DNA from: Octopus sinensis
Lineage: Eukaryota
Length of the DNA stretch: 64,000 nt
Reading direction: 5' to 3'
Assembly: GCF_006345805.1 (NCBI RefSeq)
Contig: NC_043004.1
Coordinates: 106,206,001-106,270,000 of the forward strand
Shown: positions 23,936 to 39,643 of the stretch, one piece after another
Position numbering within the stretch: the first letter of the stretch is position 1
Layout of the letters: every line of letters starts with the position of its first letter
Notes under the pieces: generated by a model
Told to the model about the DNA's origin: nothing
The model's input: the letters and a program-made list of their open reading frames with translations, nothing else
Databases searched by the model: none
Position numbers and translations under genes: made by a program

Positions 23936-26900
23936 ATGAATATTACAAGGCTGGTGCTGTTAGAGAATAGGCTACCAATACTGGAAAAAAAAATGAAGAA
24001 AAATACACATTGAAAGTGGCAAGAATGACCCAAGAGGATTAGTGTGTTCTCAGCATTTCCCTGTAGTCCTAGGTGTCCTAGCTGGGAGAAGGCCCTTACA
24101 GTGACACTGGAGTAAAATATATGAAGCCCAGTATACCCATCATGACTACTCATCTGATAAGGGTACACTAGGCACATGCATTACAACCATATGTGCGCGA
24201 CATGGTGATCTCATATCAACATAAACAACACATGACCTTGCAGGTGGGGCCCAGTTAGAATTTTCTTCTGGTCGAGTAACCCATCCCGCTCAAAAGGTCC
24301 CTGAATAAGGGTTGTTTAAGGATGTTGAACGAAACACCCATGTTTCCAGAGGTGAATTATCCAAACCCCAAAGAATCCCTCTCAACACACGGCTATGATG
24401 CTCCTCCACTACTTCTGCACGTGATCAGAGATGCACATATCGTCAGCCACTACGGGACATGCTCAACTGGTTAAGGTCAACAACTGACAAGCAAATCTGT
24501 GGTATTGAGCAGAATATTTGCTGGCTGTAGGCCATCTTTTATACCAAGACAAAACAATATTATTATTATTATTATTATTGTCGTTAAGGCAACGAGCTGG
24601 CAGGGCCGTTAGCACGCTGGGCGAAATGCTTAGCAGGACTTCACCCGTTGCTACACATTCTGAGTTCAAATTCTGCCAAGGTTGACTTTGCTTTTCATCC
24701 TTTTGGGATCGATTAAATAAGTACCAGTTACGCACTAGGGTTGATATAATTGACTTACCCCCTCCTCCTAAATTTCAAGCTGTGTGCCTATACTAGAAAG
24801 GATTATTATTATTGTTATTAGAGTGGCAAACTGGCAAAATTGTAAGAACATCAGACAAAAAATGCCCTGCAATATTTAAAGTTCTATATTCTGAGTTCAA
24901 ATCTGTTGAAGTCAGCTTTGCCTTTTATCCCTCTAGTATTGGTCAGTCAAGTACTGGGGTCTGTAATCAGCTATACCTGCCCTTCAAAATTGCTGGCCTT
25001 GTGCCTAAATTAGAAACCATTATTAGCGTTGCTACATATTTGCATTGTTGGGATATGTATATACATTTCCTGGGCTCAATGTCTTTTACGTTTCTGTCGA
25101 AACTAAATACCTTGGTAGATGGAATAAAGGACCTAATGACACAGTAGTAATGAGATTTGCATTCCTGTTTTTTTTTTTCTTGCATCTCTGTCATATTTGC
25201 CCACGAGATTGGATGCTAGTCTCTGCATGTTAACTTTCATATATGGTACCCCAGTTGGTTTGCTAGTGTTAATATTGTGCCTTGCCCTAGGACAAAGCTA
25301 TGACCTACAGTTCCATTAAGTTCCATCAATGATTATACTTTCAATTTAGTTATCTCTTTTTTTTTTATTGATAACAATTTTAATATAACTTGGAGATGTT
25401 GATTTGTATAGGTGTACAGTGTGTGTGTGTGTCTAAATTGTTATCCACTTAACTTTGAGTTTTACAGCTTTTGACAGCTTTAAACGGTTGTGTCTGTGTT
25501 TTGATATATATATCTGTATATGTATATATTTGTGTGTATGTGTTCCATTTACAGAGTGTATTTCAAGCTTAGATGTGTGTGAGTATTTGTCCGTTTACTG
25601 TAATTATGTTATGTAGGTGACAGGGTGTGACAACAAAATACCTACATCCTATTCTACTTAGGCTGGCTTAGTTGTTGTTACCAGCCGTGCAGACAGTCAA
25701 GTCATTGGCCATGGGACTTTAGGTTGTCTCTTGTCTTTTTTTTGTTGTTTTTTTGCTGGCCGTGGTTGCTGCTGTTGTTATTTAACTCCAGCTCATCTCA
25801 GATTGAGCTAACTTATGATCAGAGGCATTCCAGTCATGGCTATCCTGTCTTTTCAGGACCACAGTTTCCAAGATGTTCTTTTCTAAGACAGTGTGGCATG
25901 ATTTGAGAGATTCGGGTATCGTTTCTAGTATGTTGAGCAACTATAAACAGGTTCCCTCTTTGGCTCACTGCTTAGTGGTTGTTATGTGTGTGTGTGTGTG
26001 TGTGTATATATAGTTTGTGTGGTAAGTAGCTTGCTTACCAACCACATGGTTCTGGGTTCAGTCCTGCGTGGCACCTTGGGCAAGTGTTTTATACTATAGC
26101 CTCGGGCTGACCAAAGCCTTGCAAGTGGATTTAGTAGACGGAAACTGAAAGAAGCCAGTTGTATATTTATATATGTATATGTTTATCCCCCCCACTGTGT
26201 GCTTCACAACCGATATTGGTGTGTTTACATCCTCGTAACTTGGCAGTTTGGCAAAAGAGACTAATAGAATAAGTACTAGGCTTACAAAGAATAAGTCCTG
26301 GGGTTGATTTGTTCAATTAAAGTTGGTGCTCCAGCATGGTCACAGTTAAATGACTGAAACAAATAAAAGAATTTATATATACATTTTTGTGTGTGTGTTT
26401 ATGTATATATATGTGTGTGTGTGTGTGTTTGTAAGAGTACATTAGTTTTCTTTCGCTTCATTTTAGTATTAGTCTGTAAATTTAAAGTTAAATATTGTCT
26501 GTGTATACATGTGTCTGTCTGTGTGAATTTGTGTAGTGGTATGTATATTGATGAAACTATTGTTTTATATATTACATTAGTAATATGTCAGTCTGTTATG
26601 ATGCGTAGAATAGTGTGAGTGTATTTTGTGTTGTAATATACTTTGTGTGTATGGGTTTGCCCAGAATTTTTTTTAAAAATAAGATAGAGGTGTGGAGTGA
26701 GAGCAAGGCTTCTGACCTTTTCAATTTCTCAGAGGCTGATGACATTGATGTGGTTGTCTGTGGAGTTGGTGTCTGATGCAGGAGAAAAATAGCAAAACAT
26801 AAGTGGGAAGAAAATGAGCGTGTTTGTGTCTATGTCGTTGCACTTGCGTTTGCAAATGCATAATTTCTAGCTATGTTTAGTAATTGCATAATAGTTGTGC

Positions 26901-27667
26901 TTGTGTGTTTGTGTGCATATGTGCATGTTAAATAGAATTAGGGGAATGCTAGCTAATGTAACCTGTTTAAATCCTGCTGACCTCTCTCAGAGCTGGAAAG
27001 TTGTTAAGGGAGATAATGCATAACAACTCTTTAGCACTAACTTTATACAGTTTGTAGGTTAGAGTAATAAAAACATCATATAGCCTTATGTATATATCTT
27101 TGTGTTTATGTGTGTGTGTGTGTGTGCTAGTAATTACTATTATACTATTACTCCTACTATTACCACAATTACTACAATTACTTTTGCTGCTACTACAAAC
27201 GTCATAAGTACTGCTGCAGTCAATGTTCTTGTAACTATTAGTGTTGAATAAACTTGATATCTTTTATGGTTTATTAAATTACCGTAGCCTACCATAATTC
27301 AAACCTCACAAACATACACGCCTATTCACACAAACAGTATTTAAAATTTCTTAATCTTCCCTTTTTTTTTTAATATTCACTTCATTTTAGCATTAGTTTA
27401 TTATTGTATGTGCATACGTTTGTGTGTGTACGTATTTTTCTTTTTTAAGTATAGTTGAATACAAAATCCAAGATTAATTGAAAGACGACTCAATGCATTT
27501 CAGTAGAGACTCATATTTCTTTTGCTAATCATTTACTTTTTCTGACTGTCTGACAAAGCCAACAACCAGTAAAACTTCGGAGTCACTGTGAACATTTTCC
27601 TAGTTAGAAAATGTGTGTATTGCTCATATGTATATATGAATATGTACATATATGTGTGTACATAATA

Positions 27668-27790
<123 letters not shown>

Positions 27791-30062
27791 ATTTAGCGTC
27801 CACTTTCCATGCTAGCATGGGTTGGACGGTTCAACTGGGGTCTGTGAAGCCAGAAGGCTGCATCAGGCCCAGTCTGATCTGGCAGTGTTTCTACGGCTGG
27901 ATGCCCTTCCTAACGCCAACCACTCCGTGAGTGTAGTGGGTGCTTTTTACGTGCCACAGGCTATATATATGTATATATATATATATATAGGCTATATATA
28001 ATGTATGTATGAGTGTACACACACACACACATATATTTCATTCATCATCATTACCACCATCACCATTTAAATTCATTTTCCATACTGGCATAGTTTGACA
28101 GGATCCAACAAACCATAGGGCTATGCCATGCTCTAATGTCAGCTTTGGCATAGTTTCTACATCTGGATACCCTTTCTAATGGCAACCACTTTACCGTGTA
28201 CTGGGTACTTTTATTCATGCCACCAGAACTAGTGAGGTTTTCAACAAACTTGCAAGAAAGGAAAAGAGAAAAGAAAGTGTAATATTGCAAGGTTAGCTTT
28301 AATCCTGTTTCACTGAAGTCTATTCAACCCCTCTTGTGTTGGTGCTGTAAAAAATTCCACTCAACACACTTTGTAAGGTGTTTGGTATTAGGGAGGGCAT
28401 CCTGCTGTAGAGATCTAGCCAAATGATATGTATGGGAAACAGTTGTAAGGCACAGTGGCTTTCTATAAGAAACAGCTTGGATCATGATGATTGGTCCAAA
28501 CCATGATGACTAGTCTATGGAAAGAGAATATGAAATGATAATGATGTATGCATACCTATACACACACACCACATATTCACACATGCATTCACAGGTATTT
28601 TCAACTGATTCTTTATACTTAGTGTAGATTATGTATGTAAGTATGTATGCGTGTGTGTGTGTGTTTATGTATGTATGTGCATACCATTATTAGTGGAAAA
28701 TAATCCTGAACAATAGCAATACTTTCTGCCTAAGTACAATGCATCTATTGTAAAGCTTTTGTTTGTCTTTGTTTTTTTACCTTCTCTGTATTGTCATTTG
28801 TATTGATCTTCTATAGTCTTATTGGTATTTTATATATTAATAGAGTTGATAGGATTTTAAAGCAGAACCACATTACGTGGAATAAACACATCACACAAAT
28901 AAGGCTTCCTGATACATCATCAATCCAATCTATTTATTCTGAGACTCTAAATAATAGCACTAATGATGATAATAATGGTAATACAAAAAGAATAAGCATT
29001 TAGTCTGTTGAATTGATCACAGTATATGACTGGTTTATATTTTAGTAGCCAGAGGAATGAAAAACAAAGGTTGTCTTTGGTCGGATTTAAATTCAGAATA
29101 TACAGAGATAAAACTAAATAATTTTGAGAGTTTATCAAAGCCTGTAGCATTTCTGCCATCTCCACAATCATCATCATCATTATAATAATAGCAGCAGAAG
29201 CCTTTTGAGTTAAAGAAGCAGTCGATGGCTTGTTAAAAACCATTTACTTAACAACATAACCATTTTGCCTCAACAAAACTATTTAGAGTGAGTGACGGAT
29301 AAGTTGACTCTATGGATGCGAAATTCATCCATGGAGTTTAAAATCTTGCAAATGTCTCCATATTATGGACTCCTTTTTCTCCAGTTAAGTTGACTCCTTG
29401 TGAGGGAGACAATTAACATTTACTACATTTTACGTTCAATAGCTTTAGTTCAGATTTCAAACTCTACTGAGATTGAATCAACCAGGTTTTCTATCTGTTG
29501 CTATTCATTTAGTCAACTGGATTAAAGTATTGAGAAGGGAGGGCAGTCAATCTCTTAATGGGTTTGATATTGTGTAATTTTCTTCCCATGAGGTGTCTAC
29601 TTGTAGAGGGTTATCTATTCCTCCATATATCAAGGTATTTTGACAACTTGTTACTTTCTTCTGACATGTATAGTCTCATTTGTTTTTATTCTGTTTGATG
29701 TTTTATATGTTGGTCCCAAACGCTTGGTTGAGCAAATGGAAAAAGTTAATTGTGAGAGTCAGTGTGTATTTTACCTTACTAGCATAGATAGCAATATTTT
29801 AATGTTCTAAGGCAGTGAGCTGGCAGAATCATTAGCACACTGGGCAAAATGCTTAGCAGCGTTTCTTCTGTCTTTACATTCGGTGTTCAAATTCCACCAA
29901 GGTCAAATTTGTCTTTCTTCTTTTCAGGGTCAATAGAATACATACCAGTTAAACACTGGGGTTGATGTAAGCAACTTACCCCTCCCCCTGAACTTGCTGA
30001 CCTTGTGCCAAAATTTGAAACCAATATGTTAATGCTCTGACGTTTGTTTTTCTCTCTTGCAG

Positions 30063-30236
30063 GTATGTTCATTATTTCACTGGTCTACTATCCAGTGCAA
30101 TCAACATCAACAGTGAAGCTCTATATCTTCACCACATCCTTATCCATGGGGTCCCCAACTTTGATGGCAAAGGGGGCTGTCGGCCATTTATTAAGGTCTA
30201 CCAAGGAATGCAGCCTATGTTTACATCAGGAATCTA
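30063..30236 (+). CDS. TNS: Tensin exon E (phosphatase-C2 junction)
   Basis: Branch-like tctgAc at 30040, acceptor tttttctctcttgcAG, donor TA|gtaagt. (R)[57 protein letters not shown](Y). 174 nt, phase 2-2. Confidence 0.96.
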
Positions 30237-31064
30237 GTAAGTAATAAACATTCTTTTATCTTATGTATTTTTCTATAACTGTAAGCAGGAAATTTACGAA
30301 ATACATTCTGATAGACAAAAAATGAGCCACCAAACGGCAAATAACCAAACCACCTCACTCACATCAATCTGTGAACAATCCTGTACCATCTATACAGTGT
30401 TTGCAGCCATAATAATCTATGTGTAATGCTTAAATTAAGAAAACCAAGATATCAAATTGTGTAGACATGCTAACTTAAATGATTATGACAATGTTATCTT
30501 TGGGCATGGAAAACCACCATCGTAAAAAGGTCCATAAAATTACTGTATTCACAAGTTACAGTCACAAATTTCACAACTTTCTGAATCATTGAAACAAAAA
30601 TTTAGTTCTCCTATTTCATTGTTTTAGTGTTGAACATTTTGTGCATTTTATTAAAATGTACAGTATTTAGTATCTGAATTGAATTGAGCAAATTTGATCT
30701 CCCAAAGTGTAGGCTCTGAACTTGATGACTTTTCAATACAAATCTTTGTGCCTTGCATTAACTTCATTGGTCTTGTGTAATTAGCCACATTGATGTTGTG
30801 GTGTGTCTCGGAAATGGTGCCTTAGTTAGCTGTTGGTTTTTGGAAGCATGAAATTTGACATACCTTTCAAAGACTGTAACAACACAACATAATACATAGG
30901 TTCTGTGAATTAATTCCAAGTGGAAAATGAAGCAATAAATTTAGCCGTCAGTCTTTGACACTCTTCATATGCTTTATCTTCTTTTACAGTCTCTCTCATG
31001 CAATCCCTGCTTTTCACATTCTGGTATCTTTAATAATATGTCTTTTAACTTAAATCCATTGTAG

Positions 31065-31267
31065 TACTGTCACTGACAACATGCAGAAGGTGTGGATATC
31101 AATATCACCTGGAATACCACTTCGTGGAGATGTCCTCATCAAATGTTATCACAAAAAACCTAAGGGAAACCAACGCGAGATAATTTGGCGTTGTCAGTTC
31201 CATACCTGTGCTATTTCTGAGAGCAGCTTAGTGTTTAGCAGACAGGAACTTGATGAAGCTTGTAATG
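31065..31267 (+). CDS. TNS: Tensin exon F (C2 domain)
   Basis: Acceptor ccattgtAG and donor ATG|gtaaga. (Y)TVTDNMQKVWISISPGIPLRGDVLIKCYHKKPKGNQREIIWRCQFHTCAISESSLVFSRQELDEACN. 203 nt, phase 2 to 1. Confidence 0.96.
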
Positions 31268-32867
31268 GTAAGAAATATTTATTTTCTAACTATCTGATGA
31301 TTTAAACATTGCATGACTATTAATGTGAAATCTACACTGTTGATTTACTGTTGTTTATATCAAGAGTTGTGGAGGCGCAATGGCCCTGTGGTTAGGGCAG
31401 CAGACTTACAGTTGTAGGATCATGGTTTCGATTCCTAGACCAGGTCTTGTGAATGTTTATTGAGCGAAAACACCTAAAGCTCCACGAGGCTCCGGCAGGA
31501 GCTGGTGGCGATCCCTACTGTACTCTTTTGCCACAACCTTCTCTCACTCTTTCTTCTGTTGGCCTGAAAGCTTAGCCAGCGAGGTGGCATCATTTGAAGG
31601 CTAAAACAATGCAAAGCGCATTGTGACCAGCGATGTGTAGCAACATTTGATAGCCTGGTCGGTCACGGTAATCACAGTGATATCAAGAGCTATATGATCT
31701 CACTCCTACATATAGGCCTATTATATTCATCATCATCCATCCATCCATCCACTTTTCCATGCTTGTATAGTCAAATGGGATTTGTTAAGGCAGTTTTTTA
31801 CTATGGCTGGATGCCCTTCCTGTCACCAAACACTCACCTGTTTCCAAGCATCGTAATATATTCCCATTTCTAAACATGTTTTTCATAGAAGATTGGAAAC
31901 AAGCAACCTTGCTTGTACAACTATGATGGCCCTTGACAACTATTACCTGATGTCAGGACAAGGGCACACACACACACACAGACACACACAAACATGTGAC
32001 AAGTTTCTTCCAGTTGCCATTTACCAAATCCACTGACAGAGCTTTCTTTGGTTGCCTGCATAGTGGGACTGAACCCATGACCAAGTGGTACTAGACTAAA
32101 CAACATCAACAAAAGCATTCTAGTGATGTCATTTGGCTCCTTGTTGACTAATATCTCTGCCATGACGTCATGGCCATAATAACACTATACAGTAATCTAC
32201 TGTTGAACCAGTTTTATAAAATGCCCCTTTCCCTTTCACTCCCACCTTAAACAAGAAAGCAGCATCCCTAAATTATTATTTAACTACTTCCTCTCTATCA
32301 ATCACTCTCTTTCTTTCTCTCTGGTGATCTCTCTGTCTGTTCACCCTCCCCCCAACTCTCTCTTTCTCTCTCTGTTCACACACACCCTCCCACCTCTCTC
32401 TCTCTCTCTCAGTGTCATGTTAGTTTTCTGTAGTTTATTCAAATGTTCTCCTCCCACTGAGTAACTGCGACCAGAATTGGTCTGCCACAGAAAGAAACGA
32501 TGATAGTGATGCTGATGATGATGATGGAATAACAACGATAAAAAGATATAACAATAACGCTATTATTATAAAAGAACTTTTCAACTCTGTACCAATATAT
32601 ACCCATAGGTGGATCTGGAAGCGTTCAGTGTATGCATATGTATGGCGTCTTTGTAGTATATACAAATGTTTAACTATATACACACACATATTAGAATAAG
32701 TTGGTGCTCATATATAGGCACACATGTTCATATGTGTTTACATTTATACACACGTGTTATATTTTTGTATAAAGACACGTATAAACATATAAATTTATAT
32801 CTTATATATATATATGTAGATAAATATTTTTATATACACCCATGCTTACATATACACAAACACATAC

Positions 32868-32934
<67 letters not shown>

Positions 32935-33004
32935 AAATGTTAAGCAGAAGCTTGCATCTATTTTGATCTTAAACATCATATCTCTTCCTCCTACTCTTTC
33001 TTTT

Positions 33005-33045
<41 letters not shown>

Positions 33046-33611
33046 ATATTTTTCTTCTAATTTCCTACTTTTTTTCCCCATCTGTTTTCAGACAACCCTT
33101 CCAACCCCCACCTCTACTTTCAACCTTTACACATATACACATCTATCACAATCTCATACACACTCAAACATTCGCATGCAGATGCACATACACATCTTCC
33201 CCGCCCCCGTATATGTTTGTACACACCTACATATGTTTACCTACACACACACACACACGAATGTTCTGTAGTTCTTCAGTTTGTTTTAGCTATAACTACT
33301 GTGACCAGGCTAGAGCACCCCTATCTCTATCTTATCTTTTTCTTTTTCACCTCAATTCTCTCTCTCCCTTTCTCTCTCTCCCTTTCTCTCTCTCCTTTTC
33401 TCTCTCTCTCTCTTCTCTCTCTCTCTTTCTCTCTCATGTGAGAGAGAAATAGTGTGAGTCTATGTATTTCTGTCATGTCTCTCACTTTCTGTTTTCATCC
33501 TTTTCACTTCTACGGCATCTTTCTCACTTGTATGACCTCTCCCTCCCTCTCTCTCTCACTCACAGACATACACACTTGTCTGTGTGGTACCTTCTCTTCA
33601 CCCCACCCTTG

Positions 33612-33642
<31 letters not shown>

Positions 33643-35673
33643 ATCCATCTTTTTGTTCTTTTTCATGATTTAATAAATATTCTATGTCCAATAGACTATC
33701 TGGAGCAAGAATTGAACTCATAACATTACGTTTGTGAATCCAACATCCCAACTATTGGGTCATGTGTCTTCACTGTGTGTGTGGGTGTGTGATACTAGAT
33801 TAAACTGAAACTGGGAATCTTTATTAGTTTAAGATCCAGTTTGGTCAGTGCATATCCAGGATTAAGACACTTGTTGATAATCAGAGATCAAAACGATTGA
33901 AACATAGCTTAGATATAAATACTTACTTTTCATTTCCAAAGTCTTTGTGAAGGTGTGTGGCTTAGTGGTTAGGGTATTCAGCCCACGTTCATCAGGTCGT
34001 GAGTTCAATATAAGTACATGTAAATATTAAGACTTTTTTTTTTCCATCTATGAACAATTATAATCTCAAATTCTGTTATATGCATTAGGAATTGTATTCT
34101 CAAGTATTGAATATATTTTAGCCTTCAGTAACAATTTTTGAGATATCATCATCATCATCATCATTTAACGTCCGTTTTCCATGCTGGCATGAGTTGGACG
34201 GTTTGACTAAGGTTTGGAGAACCAGCGGCTGCACCAGGCTCCAATCTGATCTGCTAATGTTTCTACAGCTGGACACCTTTCCTAACGCCAACCACTCAAA
34301 GGGTGTAGTGGGTGCTTTTTACATGCCACCGGCACAGGAGCCAGTCAGGCAGGGCTGGCATCAATCACATTCAGATAGTACTTTTTATATACCACCAGCA
34401 TGGGGGCCAGCAAGAGAGTACTGGCATCATCCACGTTTGGATGGTGCTTTTTACATGCCACCAGTATGGGAGCCAGTCAGGTGGTACTAGCATCAGCTAC
34501 GTTCGGAAGGTGCTTTTTACGTGCCACTTTCATGCCAGCCATATGGCTTCGGGTTCAGTCTCCACTGTGTGGCATCTTGGACAAGTGTATTCTGTAGTGG
34601 ACCAACCATAGCTTTGTGAGTGAATTTGGTAGATGATAACTAAAAGAAGCCTTGTGAGTGTTTGTGTGTGTGTTTATGTCCTATTCCCAATATTCCACAA
34701 AAACATGTCTGGCCATGAGGAAATATTACTTTGGTTGGAAGCAGCTGAGGGTTGAAGACAGGAAGAGCATCCAGCCGTAGACAATTTGCCTCAGTAAACT
34801 CTGACCAACCCATACACACATGGAAAAATGGACATTAAAATGATAACAGTGAATCATCTTTTTCTTAACGTCCACTTTACCCTACTGGTTTTGATCCTAC
34901 AAAACTCTTTCCTAAAGCCAGATGCCCTTCCTGCCACCCTCAATTGTTTTTAGGTAAGGAGCTATTTCCTCCACTCCTTTGGACAAGAAAGTTCCCAGAC
35001 ACAATGTTTTTGTTGCAGATTGTAAGCAAAAACAATTGTATAGAATGTGGCATTGTTCTTTCACACAGCTTTTTAACCATAGCCCCTATTGTAGGGGCTA
35101 AAGTAGTAGAAAGCACTAACCAATGGCAGCGAAATGCTTAGCGGTATTTCATCCGCCGAGGTGGACTTTGCCTTTCATCCTTTTGGGGTTGATAAATTAA
35201 GTACCAGTTACACACTGGGGTTGATGTAATTGACTTAATTCCTTTGTTTGTCCCCTCTATGTTTAGCCCCTTGTGGGCAATAAAGAAATAAGAAAGCACC
35301 AACCCATGGTGCAATGCAGTGGAACTGAACCATGTGATTGCAAAGTGAGTTTCTTAACCACCCAGCCATGCCAGTGCCTATGAGGGAGATCTCTAGAACA
35401 TTCTACTCAGGTTGTCTTGAACAGGTTTCTTCGTTTGCTCTGCTTTGCATCTGCTCAAACTTGGAACTTCTTTTCTTTCCTTCCTTCTTTCTTTCTTTCC
35501 CCCTGTTTCTTCTTCTGCTTCCGTCCCCTGCCTTCTCATCTACTTTTACATCTTTCTATCCAACAGAAGTTTATTTATTATTCTAATTTGCAGCCAGCCC
35601 CTCCCTCATACACACACACACACACACACACTCTTCTGCATCCCTCCCCAACAGAAGTTTATTTACTTTCTAT

Positions 35674-35720
<47 letters not shown>

Positions 35721-35946
35721 GCCTTCACACTCCCCTACTGGCCTACCATTCCTGACCTTGCTCTCTTGCTCTACCTCATATCTTCCTCCCCCCTCTCTCC
35801 CTCCCCCTCCTCCCGCTCTCTCTCTTCATCCAGTCCAGTATTCTTCTGATAGAAACACCAATTCTCTGATCTCTGTCTCACATCTCATTCCACCAACTCC
35901 CAGACTATCTTTTCTTTTCTTCATCCCCATCCATTCACCTTCAAAT

Positions 35947-35979
<33 letters not shown>

Positions 35980-36394
35980 CAGTAGGCACCCCCCCCCCTA
36001 GCACCTCCTGTATTTATCCTCTGATTTATTTTGGTATGACTCTCTTCCTTTGAGTTGTAAAGGTAACCTAGGATAGCAGTGGTAGAGGCAGCAGTACTGG
36101 TGGTGGTGAGTGTTTAGTAAAAGTAGGTGAAACTCATGTAGTGTTGCTTATCTAGTCTTTCTCTCTCTCTCCCTCTCTCTCTCTCTCTCTCACATGTGCA
36201 TGCACACACACACACACACTCACACACACACACGCACACATCTACATCTCTAGCAGGAGGGTTGGGTGGTAGTACTCTTATAACCCCCTCATTTATCTCT
36301 TGCTAAACACCTCCCCCACCCTCCACACACCTCTGCTTTCTTCTTCATCTCCACCCCTCACATAAACAATTCCCCACCTCCCACCCTGTATCAC

Positions 36395-36437
<43 letters not shown>

Positions 36438-36971
36438 GCCTAACCCATCTCCCACCAGGGTAAAACTAAAAACGAAAAAAAAAAAATGAATAAATAAAAA
36501 TTGTGAAATAATTCCTCCCCCACCTTGCCACTTCCACCCTCACCACTTTCATCATCTTTTCAACCCACAACATCTTGGGACATAGATAAAATATCCCACC
36601 AGTTCCATTACACCCTGACTGACAGCCAACCAACCGACCGACCGACCAACCAACAAACCAGCCAGCCAGCCAGCCAACCATTTCTTTATACTAATATCAC
36701 TATTTGATAGACCAGTGTCAGAACAAGGCTGAATTGATTTCATCTGATATCTAATAACGCAAAAAAAAAAAAAAATCAAAAACAAACATAAGCAAAAAAC
36801 ATGATCTTCATATTCTGACACCATAACAACCAGCCACCTCGCAAATATTGCTATCATCATCATCATCAACATTATTATTATTACTGCTACTACATATATA
36901 TGTTTATAAACATAGATACATATATATATATATATGATATTTAAAATTTTTTTAATATATTTTCCAACCAG

Positions 36972-37040
36972 ACCCAAGATTTCCTGACAATGGTAAAGTT
37001 GAATTTGTATTTAGCAGGGATGCTGATGGACTCGTTAAAG
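36972..37040 (+). CDS. TNS: Tensin exon G (end of C2 domain)
   Basis: Acceptor ttttccaaccAG and donor AAG|gtaagc. (D)PRFPDNGKVEFVFSRDADGLVK, matching tensin RFPxxGKVExVFS. 69 nt, phase 1-1. Confidence 0.95.
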
Positions 37041-37129
37041 GTAAGCTATAGCTCACAGTGTTCTTTGGGTTTGCATGAAGATGTGCTGTTTTGATTCATG
37101 AGTTTACACACGTGTGTGTGTGTGTGTTT

Positions 37130-37167
<38 letters not shown>

Positions 37168-39388
37168 TGCTGTGTCTGTATTGATGGTTGTGTATGTGCT
37201 GATGTACATATTCTTTTACACGTTTCAGTCCTAAGGTGTGGCCACACTGGAGCACTGCCAGTAAAATATGTGCCCCAATGCATTTATGTTTTATATATTA
37301 TTATTATTATTATACACAGTTGATGACATTAGGTAGCCATATACTGTGAATGGGCTTTAAACAGCATACTACATGGTGTATACCTGAATGTAAAATTATT
37401 TATACACACACACACACACACACACATAAAGTAAACTTCTTCCTATCTGGCACCAGTTGGACCGGAGAGTTGCCGGATAACTGAATTTTCTGCATCACTT
37501 TTTAAATTACCATAGAACATTACAAAATTCATTAAAACTCTTTATACATATCTACATCATTATTATCATCGATAGTCTCCATTTAATAGAAATGAAAGAA
37601 ATAGGAAGAAATTAAAATATAGTTTAAATAAAGAACAAGTTTTCTTAGCCCAATAAAATATAGGTATTATAAATGCAATAAAATATAATACTATACTGTA
37701 CTTTGAGAAGCAACAATTCAATTTAGATACAGGAGAAGCTTTTTTCTTTTAGTAACAATTAATTAATTAGTTCAAATTAGCACAAATTTTCTTGACTCTT
37801 AATTAACAAAGCATTTTCTTTTATTTATCTATTTTTTCCTGGATGCCGGTTGCTTCTGAATTTTGATTATTTACAGGTTACTATATATGTATTAAGCGGC
37901 ACCTTAATCTCCCTTTTTATTACCAAAATCAATAAGTACAGGGGTCAATGTAATCGATTAGTCAGTCCCTTGATTGTAGTTCTCCATGTATTTGTATGTA
38001 TGTAATCCTCTTTTTCAGTAATGTGTTGTGTATATATGTGTGTGTGTGTATATATATATATGTATATATATAGAAGCACATACTTCTCAGTTGATATGAT
38101 TTTAAGTACCTGTATTGTTAGGTGTGTATATGTGTGGGGGGATTCGTGTTTCTTTATGTGCAAAATACAAGGAGCACGGATATCTTGATTGCCCACACAC
38201 CTCTACCCTCTCTTCAGTGCTGATGCGCACCATCTGATTTTCACAGGCTGTTGAAATATAATATTCTACTCAAAGCTTGTTTTTTCTTGATGGATGGGAA
38301 CTGACTTTAGAATGCCTTTACTGAAAATAAGTGCTTTTAAAACCATGTTTTTTTTTTCCCCCTACTTTGTTCCTTTATAATTTTTGTTTTTATTATCTGT
38401 AAACTGCTGCTGTATTATTTGGTGCAAGAACACCTCAAAGTTAATTATTAACTTGGCTGCTACCTTTGCCCATCCATCAGTCAGCAGCATACACAAACAC
38501 TCACACATCTTTTTTTGCTAAAGTTGTAATTTCATAGAAATTATTTAAAAAATTCTTACATATATATATCATCATCATCATCATCATCATACTGATGATG
38601 ATTATATATATATATATATATATAAGAATTTTTATATATAGTTGTAATTTCATAGAAATTATTTTAAAAGTTCATATATATATATATATATGAGAATTTA
38701 TATGTATATATGAGAGAGAGAGAAAGAGTTATTTAGTCACCTGAATTTTTTTTTTTTTTTTTTTAAAGGGCTTTATTTATATATTGATAATTGTTTTCAG
38801 TTTTGTATGCTTCCATTTAATACCTCTTCCAATGTTTAATAAACCGGTTAGTGTTATTTAGATAGAATTGGCTGTATTCAAGTTGATGTTTCCTTATTAT
38901 TTATAGAATACGGATCTGTGCCATTTACCTGTTACTGCCAGTCGTATTCCTCTTTCATACAAAATTTGTTCCCCTACACCCTACCCAGCTTGTTATAGTT
39001 CTAGCAGGTTTGATTAGTCCAGCTCAGAGCCAGGCAAAGTAAACAGAAACTTAAGCACTGGTTTTTAAAAGTTTGCATTTTATTCCAACACCTCATTTAC
39101 ATTCTAACTCTTTTGCACAGGAGTTATATTTAGACAGATGTGTTCTGCCATGGCACTTACTCTGCTGTTGTTACATTTATCAAATCTCACTCACTTGTAG
39201 CTTCATTTCCCTGCTGCTTTCTGTTTATTTAATATTTCTTTCTTCTTACTTCTATTTTGATGGTTATATGACATCATTCTTGCTTTTATTGTGTTTATTT
39301 AACCAAATGGGTTTTGTGCCACTTACATTACCATCCATGGTCAACCAATGCTGGTTTAGTTTCACTTTTGATTGCACAAATTTTTGTG

Positions 39389-39605
39389 TTACTCTTTTAC
39401 TTGTTTCAGTCATTTGACTGTGGTCATGCTGGAGCACCGCCTTTAGTCGAGCAAATCGACCCCAGGACTTTTTCTTTGTAAGCCTAGTACTTATTCTATC
39501 GGTCTCTTATTGCTGAGCGGCTAAGTTAAGGGACGTAAACACACCAACATCAGTTGTCAAGCGATGTTGGGGGACAAACACAGACACACAAACATATACA
39601 CACAC

Positions 39606-39643
<38 letters not shown>

